Positions 17,248 to 24,785 of a DNA stretch of 38,067 nucleotides are shown piece after piece. The DNA is taken from assembly GCA_019235445.1 (NCBI GenBank), contig JAFAKL010000180.1, forward strand, positions 1-38,067, given 5' to 3'. The notes beneath the pieces are model-generated. The model saw only the letters and a list, made by a program, of their open reading frames with translations, ran no database searches and had not been told where the DNA came from. A program made the position numbers and the translations under genes. The first letter of the stretch is position 1; every line of letters begins with the position of its first letter. Source of the stretch: Verrucomicrobiota bacterium. Its GTDB lineage: Bacteria; Verrucomicrobiota; Verrucomicrobiia; Chthoniobacterales; JAFAMB01.

Positions 17248-17420
17248 AGGAGTCAAGAGACAGAAAACAGGAAACAGAAGTCAGAAGAAGCGGGTCGGCG
17301 TAGATCGAAGCTCGAGACATGCTGAACTTCCTTGACACTCCCGAACTTCTGACTCCCTACTCCTGGTTCCTATCCCTGAATTCCCTGATTTCCTTGCACG
17401 GCGACCCGCCGACCCGCTTC
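17248..17420. repeat. Heptamer-arm hairpin element with conserved core box, plus an external inverted copy of the box
   Basis: The purine-rich arm is 17248-17290 and the pyrimidine-rich arm is 17346-17396. The box GAAGCGGGTCGGCG at 17287-17300 has an exact reverse complement at 17407-17420. Confidence 0.8.
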
Positions 17421-17490
17421 TCCCGGCCCGTTCTGCCTTGATCCCTTGCCCGCCTTGGTCCAATTTTCGCCTTTTGAGTTTATGACGGTC

Positions 17491-17612
17491 GAGACTCAGT
17501 ATCAGGACTCAGAAGGAGTAGCGTGGAGGTGCTAATTTCAGCGTTGTCAACTCGACCCAACCATGGATCTTAAGTTCCTCCTGACTCCTGTTTTCTGAGT
17601 CCTGATTCCTAG
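17491..17612. repeat. Heptamer-arm hairpin element ending 8 nt before the thrB ATG
   Basis: ATCAGGACTCAGAA (17501-17514) pairs perfectly over 14 bp with TTCTGAGTCCTGAT (17593-17606). The flanks GGAG/CTCC extend the stem. The core is unrelated to the other elements. Confidence 0.8.
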
Positions 17613-17619
17613 ATAGAAT

Positions 17620-18471
17620 ATGCCCCTTTCTGTGCAAGTTCCGGCATCAACGACAAACCTGGGTCCCGGGTTTGATTGCCTCGGCGTCGCCCTGCAGCTG
17701 TGGAACCGAATAACGATCGAGAGGGATGGCAGCGACCACCCACCGCCTCCGGGAATGGTCTCGGAGGCTGCAGACCTGTTTTTTAAACACACCGGTCGAA
17801 AACGGTTCCCGTTCAGTTTTGCCATCGAGGGCGATGTTCCTCAGGCCCGAGGGCTGGGCAGCAGCGTCACCCTCCGACTGGCTCTCCTGATGGCGCTGGA
17901 CCGCATCACTCAAAGCGGTCTGTCCAAAGAGGAGATCTGCGCTCTTTGCGCGCAATTGGAGGGTCATCCGGACAACGCAGCCGCGGCTCTTTTCGGCGGG
18001 TTTACTATTATCGCGAAGAGAACCAACCGGGTCGCGCGCTTTCAGGTTGATCCAGCACTCAGGTTTGTCTTGTTCATTCCCAATTTTGAAGTGAGAACCC
18101 GCGACGCCAGAACGGTGGTACCTGCCAGTTTCGTGCGCCAGGATGTCGTCGAGAATCTCGGAAATGCCAGCTTGATCGCGGCCGCCTTCGCTTCCGGGGA
18201 ATATCACCATCTACGTGGCGCTTTTGCGGACCGGCTTCATCAGCCATTTCGTGAAAGATTTGTGCCTTTTCTCCCCAAACTGCTTGTGGCCGCGGCGGAG
18301 GCAGGTGCTTTGGGAGGGTTTCTCAGCGGCTCGGGCTCTACCGTAGCCTGCGTTACACTCTCCGATGGCCGGGACGTCGCCTCTGCGCTCGAAGCCGCTG
18401 CACCCGAAGGACACGCGGAAATCCGGATTGTCAGCGCGGACAATGATGGCGCGCAGATCACCGAGAAATAA
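17620..18471 (+). CDS. thrB: Homoserine kinase (GHMP family)
   Basis: The N-terminus VPASTTNLGPGFDCLGVAL matches ThrB. The GHMP motif is GLGSSVT. The size (283 aa) fits. Confidence 0.8.
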   Translation: MPLSVQVPASTTNLGPGFDCLGVALQLWNRITIERDGSDHPPPPGMVSEAADLFFKHTGRKRFPFSFAIEGDVPQARGLGSSVTLRLALLMALDRITQSGLSKEEICALCAQLEGHPDNAAAALFGGFTIIAKRTNRVARFQVDPALRFVLFIPNFEVRTRDARTVVPASFVRQDVVENLGNASLIAAAFASGEYHHLRGAFADRLHQPFRERFVPFLPKLLVAAAEAGALGGFLSGSGSTVACVTLSDGRDVASALEAAAPEGHAEIRIVSADNDGAQITEK

Positions 18472-18476
18472 AGAGC

Positions 18477-19670
18477 ATGGCGCGGCGATTGGATGAGCTT
18501 GAACAATATGCCATCGAAGTCATTCTCGATAAGAGACACGGTTTCCGCCCTGGACTATTGCGGATTGCGCTTCGGTTTCTCTCCTTTCTTTATCTCGCAA
18601 TCGTTCAGGCCCGTCTTTACCTGTACCGAGAAAGATTCCTGAAAGAACGTCAGCTCGGGTGTCTGGTCATCAGCATCGGTAATCTAACGGTCGGTGGAAC
18701 CGGAAAGACGCCTGTCGTCGAAAAATTTGCCAGAGCTCTTCAAAAAGGGGGACGTCGAGTAGCGATTTTGAGTCGTGGTTACAAAAGCGTCGATCGACGA
18801 CGCAAAAAGACTTTGTGGGAGAAATTTTTGGCCCAAGGATCAGAAAATCCACCCAGAGTCGTCTCCGACGGAAAGAGCGTGTTACTGGACTCAGCGACAG
18901 CGGGCGATGAACCCTATATGCTTGCCTCGAATCTCCAAGGCGTAGCTGTCGTCGTGGATAAGAACCGAGTGAAGGCAGGGTTGCATGCACTCCGGGAACT
19001 CGAGGTGGATACCCTGTTGCTCGATGATGGTTTGCAATATCTTCCCTTGAAACATCGTCTGGATATCGTCCTCGTCGATCGCCAGGCGCCTTTCGGCAAC
19101 GAACATCTGTTGCCGCGCGGAACTTTGCGCGAACCGCCCCGGAATCTGCGAAGGGCCAGCTACATCTTTATCACCAAATGTAACGGCGAACCAAACGCCG
19201 ACCTGATCAAGAGAATCCGGCGATACAATCGCACCGCGGAAATCATCGAGTGCCGTCACTCGCCTCTTTATCTCCAACACGTTTACAAGGATGAGCGATT
19301 GCCGCTCGACTATCTCCATGGGCTCTACATCGGGTCATTCTGCGGCATTGCTGCGCCCGAAAGTTTTGAGCAGGGTCTCCATGCTCTGGGAGCGAAGATC
19401 GAGTTGTCCCGCCACTTTGCAGATCACCATCGTTACACCGAAAGAGAGTTAAGCCAGTTCCTCCAACGCTGCGTGCGCAGAGACGTCAGTGCGGTGATCA
19501 CCACTGAAAAAGACGCCGTCCGCTTTCCATTCATCGGTCCGCTCGAGGTTCCCATCTATTATTTGCGAGTGGAAATTGAAATACTTAACGGGCAGGAGAC
19601 TTGGGAACAATGCGTGCAACGGATCTGTACGCCGCCCACCATGATCGCGCCCGAAGATTTTTTCCCCTGA
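18477..19670 (+). CDS. lpxK: Tetraacyldisaccharide 4'-kinase
   Basis: ISIGNLTVGGTGKTPVVE is the P-loop typical of LpxK. SRGYK and GDEP motifs are also present. Confidence 0.9.
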   Translation: MARRLDELEQYAIEVILDKRHGFRPGLLRIALRFLSFLYLAIVQARLYLYRERFLKERQLGCLVISIGNLTVGGTGKTPVVEKFARALQKGGRRVAILSRGYKSVDRRRKKTLWEKFLAQGSENPPRVVSDGKSVLLDSATAGDEPYMLASNLQGVAVVVDKNRVKAGLHALRELEVDTLLLDDGLQYLPLKHRLDIVLVDRQAPFGNEHLLPRGTLREPPRNLRRASYIFITKCNGEPNADLIKRIRRYNRTAEIIECRHSPLYLQHVYKDERLPLDYLHGLYIGSFCGIAAPESFEQGLHALGAKIELSRHFADHHRYTERELSQFLQRCVRRDVSAVITTEKDAVRFPFIGPLEVPIYYLRVEIEILNGQETWEQCVQRICTPPTMIAPEDFFP

Positions 19671-19775
19671 TCGTGTTTATTCGGCCCCGGGATCGCTAAA
19701 AAATCGAATTCTGTTGCGAAATATCTTCGTTTTAAAGGAATAGAGATCCAGACTATCTCACTGAAAAGATTCGCC

Positions 19776-20813
19776 ATGCCATCGCGGCAAACTAAATTGA
19801 AAATCGGAATCGTCGGCGCCGGGAATGTCGTTCAGAACCGCCATCTACCGGCGCTAAAGAAAATCCCGAACGTCGAGATTGTTGCCGTTTGCAATTCCTC
19901 CTACGAGAGCTCGGAAGAATGTTGTAAAAAATTCATCCCTGAAGCGACCCCCTATGCTAACTGGGCCGAGTTGGTGGCGGACCCGGATATCGACATCGTC
20001 TGGATAGGTACCCCACCCTATTTGCATTCAACGATCGCGATCTCCGCGCTCGAAGCAGGCAAACATGTCTTCACACAGGCGCGTATGGCGTTGAACCTGT
20101 CTGAAGCAGAGGAAATGTTTGCCGCTTCTCAACGGAACCCGCACCTCGTTACGATGGTCTGCCCGCCTCCACATGGGATGCGCGGAAATCTCTTCATCCA
20201 GAAGTTGCTTGCGGAGCATTATCTGGGAGAGCCACATCATTTGCGTGTTCAGAGTCTCTCCGGGAAGTATATCGATCCGGATGCTCCACCGCATTGGAGG
20301 CAGCGCGATGAGCTGTCAGGATTAAATGTCCTGACCCTTGGGATCTACGCGGAGGTAGTTCAGCGATGGTTTGGGCCCATCACCCACGTTTTTGCCCGTC
20401 AAAAAACGATCCACCCGGTTCGTCACGGCTACGAAATCCGGATTCCAGACATGGTCGTTGTTCTCTGCAAATTCGAGAACGGGATGGCAGGGGTGATGGA
20501 GTTCAGTGGTGTTGCTCCATTTGAGAACTCGGACCGGCTTCAGGTTTTCGGAAGTCAGGGGATGCTGGCCTACGATTTCGGCTCCGATCGGATCAACGGA
20601 GGACTAGTGGGAGATAAAGAGGCCGTCGACCTCGAAATACCGGCCGAATTGGAGCAAAGCTGGCGTGTCGAGGAGGACTTTATTGCGGCGGCACGGTCGC
20701 CGGCCAGCATTCAGCCGCAACCCAGCTTCGCACAGGGTCTGCAGTACATGAGAGTTGTGCAGGGCGTGGCGGACTCCATTGCTCTCGGAATCGAAATAGA
20801 GATCGCGGTCTAG
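19776..20813 (+). CDS. Gfo/Idh/MocA family oxidoreductase
   Basis: The N-terminal Rossmann segment is KIGIVGAGNVVQNRHLPALKKIPNVEIVAVC. EAGKHVFTQARMA resembles the family EKP-type motif region. Confidence 0.85.
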   Translation: MPSRQTKLKIGIVGAGNVVQNRHLPALKKIPNVEIVAVCNSSYESSEECCKKFIPEATPYANWAELVADPDIDIVWIGTPPYLHSTIAISALEAGKHVFTQARMALNLSEAEEMFAASQRNPHLVTMVCPPPHGMRGNLFIQKLLAEHYLGEPHHLRVQSLSGKYIDPDAPPHWRQRDELSGLNVLTLGIYAEVVQRWFGPITHVFARQKTIHPVRHGYEIRIPDMVVVLCKFENGMAGVMEFSGVAPFENSDRLQVFGSQGMLAYDFGSDRINGGLVGDKEAVDLEIPAELEQSWRVEEDFIAAARSPASIQPQPSFAQGLQYMRVVQGVADSIALGIEIEIAV

Positions 20814-20814
20814 T

Positions 20815-20866
20815 TCTAGTGTAGTGCACCGTCTCCCAGATCCTTCGGCTTCGCCGCAGCTCAGTT
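20815..20866 (+). repeat. Family-D repeat, copy 1 (between convergent genes)
   Basis: TAGTGCACCGTCTCCCAGATCCTTCGGCTTCGCCGCAG matches the reverse complement of 24724-24785 at about 35 of 40 positions by eye. Confidence 0.7.
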
Positions 20867-20872
20867 GCATAT

Positions 20873-22213
20873 TCAGGAGACCTCCCACTGGGCAGGCTCG
20901 CCGCCCTGCAGTTCCACGGCCGTGGGAACCATGATGGCATCTCGCATCCCATGGACTATCTTTTTGTCTGCAGGCACAATGGTGGCTAGCGCTCCGCCCA
21001 GCCGCACTTCTTCAGCCGATAAAACGAAGTAATAGGGACAAAGACGAACGCGCCCCACCAGAGTTTCTATCGAATTGGTTGCAGGGTTAAAATACGGCTG
21101 CTCTACCAGCCGCCCCTTAAAAAACTTCTGCAGGATAAAAGGACCGCTGCTGAAGGAAGTAATCGCTCGTTCGATGCAATCCGACCATTCCCTCTGGGGA
21201 AGATCCTGTCCGACATAGACTCCGCGACTACCCCACGCCAACGCCGAAAAGCCGCTCACTTTCAGCACGAATTCCCGCTGCTTTTGGCTGAATTTTTTCA
21301 GCTCGCGCCAGTCCTGGATTTCCAATCCGGGGATTACGGCGTGGTGCGGCACAGGAACCGGATCGACCACCCAGGTCTGAGGAACCAGAGACTTCAACTT
21401 CAACCAATGACTTGCTCGCAATTCGCGCCGCCAGTAATCCTGGAGCGGTCTCGACCAGAAGAGGCCAAACCAAAGCTTCTCTTCCAGGTACGGTTTAAGT
21501 GGCGGAGTGATGCGAATACCACCGGATCTGGCCGCTTCGATCAGCGAGTCCTTGGAGGGGAGGCTAGGGATATCGAACATTTCGAAAAACCGATAAATTG
21601 GTTCGGGAGATCGAAAGTCCCACGTTTCGGCTTCCGCCACGCGCCATCGCGGTCCATCCTTGGCCATCAATTGCTCGCATAACCATTCCATCTCCGGACG
21701 GTAAGTTTCTGATTCTTTTGAAACGGCGATCACCCCGGATGGAAGGATGGACTGGAATCCGTTGATCATTCCATCACCGCCGCCCAAAACGTCGAAACCG
21801 AGTTCACGATAGGTTTGGTTCAACCATCCCGTAAGACCAATCCCGCCGGGAACCGAATCGAGCTCTGAGATCGCATACCCGCCTTCCGTCAAGATGATAT
21901 CGGGTCGAATGACGCGCGGAATTTCGTAAGGATACCTCCTGGAATTGTCGACCAACTCGGCAGGCTTTCCAGCATCCAGGTAGCTTGCAATCCAAGCCGG
22001 TCGTTTGCCTCTAACGCTGAGGCGATACAGGAGATTGGACGCTTTGACAAATTTGAACAGCCAATGCCCGAGTCGCTCGAGTTCGTCCGCAAATTGCGCG
22101 CTGATTAAAAACGGCTTCGGCGAGATCAGCCACTCCTTCTGCGCGAACAAACCCTTTGCCGGAAACCGTTCGCGCACGCGTTCGACACGCTCTAAGGCGC
22201 CGGCGTAATCCAT
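20873..22213 (-). CDS. Conserved hypothetical protein, possibly an ATP-grasp / glutathionylspermidine-synthase-like ligase fold (446 aa)
   Basis: The ORF is long and clean and starts 8 nt after the ruvA stop. Weak by-eye resemblances are RPDIILTEGGYAISELDSVPGG, KPYLEEKLWFGLFW, FVLKVSGFS..GSRGVYVG and VRLCPYYF. The fold assignment is tentative. Confidence 0.35.
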   Translation of the reverse strand: MDYAGALERVERVRERFPAKGLFAQKEWLISPKPFLISAQFADELERLGHWLFKFVKASNLLYRLSVRGKRPAWIASYLDAGKPAELVDNSRRYPYEIPRVIRPDIILTEGGYAISELDSVPGGIGLTGWLNQTYRELGFDVLGGGDGMINGFQSILPSGVIAVSKESETYRPEMEWLCEQLMAKDGPRWRVAEAETWDFRSPEPIYRFFEMFDIPSLPSKDSLIEAARSGGIRITPPLKPYLEEKLWFGLFWSRPLQDYWRRELRASHWLKLKSLVPQTWVVDPVPVPHHAVIPGLEIQDWRELKKFSQKQREFVLKVSGFSALAWGSRGVYVGQDLPQREWSDCIERAITSFSSGPFILQKFFKGRLVEQPYFNPATNSIETLVGRVRLCPYYFVLSAEEVRLGGALATIVPADKKIVHGMRDAIMVPTAVELQGGEPAQWEVS

Positions 22214-22221
22214 TTATTCTC

Positions 22222-22824
22222 CTACGCCAACAGCTTGAGTGCGCGGCGCACCAATTCTTCGGTATCGATTTGTTCCGTTTTCGCTTGGCAAAGGATCTCG
22301 CGCACCGTTTTTTGCGCTTCTACTTGTTTGAACCCCAAAGAGAGGAGGGCCAGGACTGCATCGTTCCCTTTTGCTTGTTGATCGTTCCGACCGGTCGCAG
22401 CCAACTCCCAGGCGGCGGCGACTCCGATCTTGTCCTTCAACTCCAAAATGATCCTCTCGGCGGTTTTCCTGCCCAGACCGCTGACTTTCGCCAGGGCGTT
22501 CGTATCGCCGTTGATCACCGCGGTCTTAAACTGGCCGACACTCATCCCGCTCAGCACGGCCAAGGCGAGCTTTGGTCCCACTCCTGTGACATGTTGAACA
22601 AGAAGACGAAAAAGATCCCGCTCAGCTGCGGTGACAAACCCAAACAACAAGTGCGCATCCTCTCGCACCACGAAATGAGTCAATAATTTGAAGCGCGATC
22701 CCGGCGCCGGCAAATGCTCAAAGCTCGAGAGAGGAATTTGGACGAGGTATCCAATGCCCTGAACTGAGATGACCACCTGCGTAGGCAAGGCCTCAACAAG
22801 TTCGCCCTCGAGGAAGGATATCAT
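22222..22824 (-). CDS. ruvA: Holliday junction branch-migration complex subunit RuvA
   Basis: MISFLEGELVEALPTQVVISVQGIGYLVQIPLSSFEHLP parallels E. coli [39 protein letters not shown]. HhH motifs are GVGPKLALAVL and GLGRKTAERI. The start was trimmed to ATG 22824 (200 aa). Confidence 0.9.
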   Translation of the reverse strand: MISFLEGELVEALPTQVVISVQGIGYLVQIPLSSFEHLPAPGSRFKLLTHFVVREDAHLLFGFVTAAERDLFRLLVQHVTGVGPKLALAVLSGMSVGQFKTAVINGDTNALAKVSGLGRKTAERIILELKDKIGVAAAWELAATGRNDQQAKGNDAVLALLSLGFKQVEAQKTVREILCQAKTEQIDTEELVRRALKLLA

Positions 22825-22860
22825 GATGCTGAATAGAAGTACGCGAGGGGCCGGAAACTG

Positions 22861-22994
22861 CAAATTCAACCGCCGAACAGTCCTGAATAAAGGGGCTGCA
22901 TGGAAGCGCGGGCAGGCATCTATCCCGAACCAATGTGGCGTTCAGGAACACTCCCTCTCCTCTGAATCTGTGAAATCTGCGGTTTCAATTTTGG
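22861..22994. repeat. Family-C repeat, copy 1
   Basis: The right arm CCTCTGAATCTGTGAAATCTGCGGTTTCAATTTTGG (22959-22994) is about 80% identical to 29355-29389. A partial complementary left arm, AAATTCAACCGCCGAACAG, lies at 22863-22881. Confidence 0.65.
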
Positions 22995-23704
22995 ATTTTG
23001 AGCGAAATCGCCCGGAGTGGCTCCCAAGCGTCGAGCGGTATCCCTTTCAACGTTCCTGCCTCGAGGACCTTGCCCGTCATCAAATCGCGATAATAGTCCG
23101 TCCAACCGGTGACTCGAGATTGAGTATATCCGTGTCGCGCGCCACCGTCCGCGTCTCCCTCGGGCATCAAGCATCCTTGTCCTGCGAAGTACGCGCACAC
23201 CCCATGCAGCCATTCATGTAGCCATACTTCGCCGACAACCGGAATCTGCCATGTCCATGATTCCGCATTGCCGACGGTGGCGTATGTCGCATTGTTTGAC
23301 CAGGCCGTAGCGGCCATACCTAAACCCCACCCTGCAGATGGGACAGTTTTCCCAGCCTTCACATTGTGCTGCGGCCAGAGAACAAAGATTGACTCATAAG
23401 CACCCGGCGCTGCTAAGCGATGGATCTCTTTGCCGGTATCGTTTGGCGAGGGCCAATACATTCCTTCGCTCATCGGCGTCAAGGTGCTGAGGCATCTCTC
23501 CGCCCGGTGTATGTCATAGCGAACAGTTACTCTGCGGCACGTCAGTTCTTCGACCAGTGAAGGAAACTGTTGAAAAGAACGGATGGCCTCGTGCACCTCT
23601 GCCTCAGCCAGTGTGTGGATGAACTTCTGTGGATTTCCCGATCGATCGCGAAGCTGTACGTCGATCGAGTCGTAGATCAGAAGCAACGATCGCCAAAGGG
23701 CCAT
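22985..23704 (-). CDS. Hypothetical protein with an HExxH motif (putative zinc-dependent hydrolase, 239 aa)
   Basis: The motif is WLHEWLHGVCAYF, and there is no signal peptide. I recognised no family. I chose the start at ATG 23704, because the track start at 23758 falls inside a repeat. Confidence 0.5.
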   Translation of the reverse strand: MALWRSLLLIYDSIDVQLRDRSGNPQKFIHTLAEAEVHEAIRSFQQFPSLVEELTCRRVTVRYDIHRAERCLSTLTPMSEGMYWPSPNDTGKEIHRLAAPGAYESIFVLWPQHNVKAGKTVPSAGWGLGMAATAWSNNATYATVGNAESWTWQIPVVGEVWLHEWLHGVCAYFAGQGCLMPEGDADGGARHGYTQSRVTGWTDYYRDLMTGKVLEAGTLKGIPLDAWEPLRAISLKIQN

Positions 23705-23752
23705 AAGTGTAACATACAAATCTCGCCCACAATCGCTTGCGCTTTCAACTTT

Positions 23753-23828
23753 AAGCAAAGCGTCCCGCTTAGCAGGTGTTTAGCGCCACGATTGTCGGCC
23801 TCACTTATCCGTACGCTGCCACTTCTTG
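23753..23828 (+). repeat. Family-A repeat, copy 2 (divergent centre)
   Basis: It shares both flanks with the adjacent copy: AAGCAAAGCGTCCCGCTT at the 5' end and CCTCACTTATCC..CGCTGCCACTTCTTGT at the 3' end. Its central segment differs. Confidence 0.65.
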
Positions 23829-23906
23829 TAGGCAAAGCGTCCCCGCTTCGCGCGTTTTCGGAGGTAAGGCGAGACGCCTAACTTACCACTGCGCTGCACT
23901 TCCTGT
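23829..23906 (+). repeat. Family-A repeat, copy 3 (tandem to copy 2)
   Basis: AGGCAAAGCGTCCCCGCTTCGCGCGTTTTCGGAGGTAAGGCGAGACGCCTAACTTACCACTGCGCTGCACTTCCTGT is about 85% identical to 12905-12974. Confidence 0.75.
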
Positions 23907-23954
23907 CTTCAGGCGGCGCTAACACGTACCCCGCTTTGCCCATTCAACACGCCG

Positions 23955-24575
23955 TTACTGACCAGCCTTCAGGCTATCCCGGTATTTCTGGATCTCTTCC
24001 TTATACTCCTCTTTGCCCTTGTTATAAGCCTCGGCCGAAATTTCGTGGTTCTGAAACAGGCGTTCCAATCGGGCTCTCTTGTGCTCAGCCTCCGATCGCT
24101 TTTTCTCGAGACTCTTCCGCGCAGCCTTTGTCAGCGGCTTCTGTGTTTCCTTCGGTTCGGAGCCGGTTTGCAGTCCATTCTGCGCGACGGAAGCGGCAGG
24201 CGTTGGAGTTGGCATCGAGACCAACACGGATGGTGACGGCTGCGGACCGACCGTCGCATTCGCTGACGGGGTTCCTTCGGAAAGAGCCTTATTTGGATCC
24301 GATAGGGGCATCAACTCATCATTGGGTTTCGCGGCCGGCGTAGCAGGCGACGGCGCTGTCCTCGGCAAAGGATTTGTCGCGACAGCGGCTTCATGCTTCG
24401 GGGCCACGTTCTTGTAAGTGAGATATGCAGCAAACCCAACCGCAACCAGCGCAGCGAGCCCACATAAAGCGAGAATAACTATGGCTAGAATCTTGGACGA
24501 GTATTGGCGCCGGCGAATACCGCTCGACAGATTTTTCGCTCGAGTCCTCAACGGCAAACGATAGAGTTTGTTCAT
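23955..24575 (-). CDS. Single-pass membrane protein with a Pro/Ala/Thr-rich linker and a C-terminal SHOCT-like domain
   Basis: The TM segment is ILAIVILALCGLAALVAVGFAAYL. A low-complexity PxP/A-rich stretch follows. The C-terminus LERLFQNHEISAEAYNKGKEEYKEEI resembles the SHOCT consensus. Confidence 0.6.
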   Translation of the reverse strand: MNKLYRLPLRTRAKNLSSGIRRRQYSSKILAIVILALCGLAALVAVGFAAYLTYKNVAPKHEAAVATNPLPRTAPSPATPAAKPNDELMPLSDPNKALSEGTPSANATVGPQPSPSVLVSMPTPTPAASVAQNGLQTGSEPKETQKPLTKAARKSLEKKRSEAEHKRARLERLFQNHEISAEAYNKGKEEYKEEIQKYRDSLKAGQ

Positions 24576-24723
24576 GGAAATTTATACCAAAGTATACAAT
24601 ATCTTGTGTACTTTAAAGCTGTTTCTCGCAAGATATGCCGAAACTTCCAAAAAAAATTGTGAGAGGAGTTGAACATTTATGCGGCGCGATCATCGCAGCG
24701 CCCGCGATCGAAGTTAAATTAAG

Positions 24724-24785
24724 TTAGTGCAGTGTCTGCTAAATCTCTGCGGCGAAGCCAAGGGATCTAGCAGACGCTGCACTAA
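24724..24785 (-). terminator. Family-D repeat copy 2, forming an 18-bp hairpin at the end of the ABC operon
   Basis: TTAGTGCAGTGTCTGCTA (24724-24741) pairs with TAGCAGACGCTGCACTAA (24768-24785) with one G-U pair and a 26-nt loop. The permease TAG stop (24782-24784) lies inside the stem. On the minus strand the hairpin is followed by the A/T-rich CTTAATTTAACTT. Confidence 0.5.
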
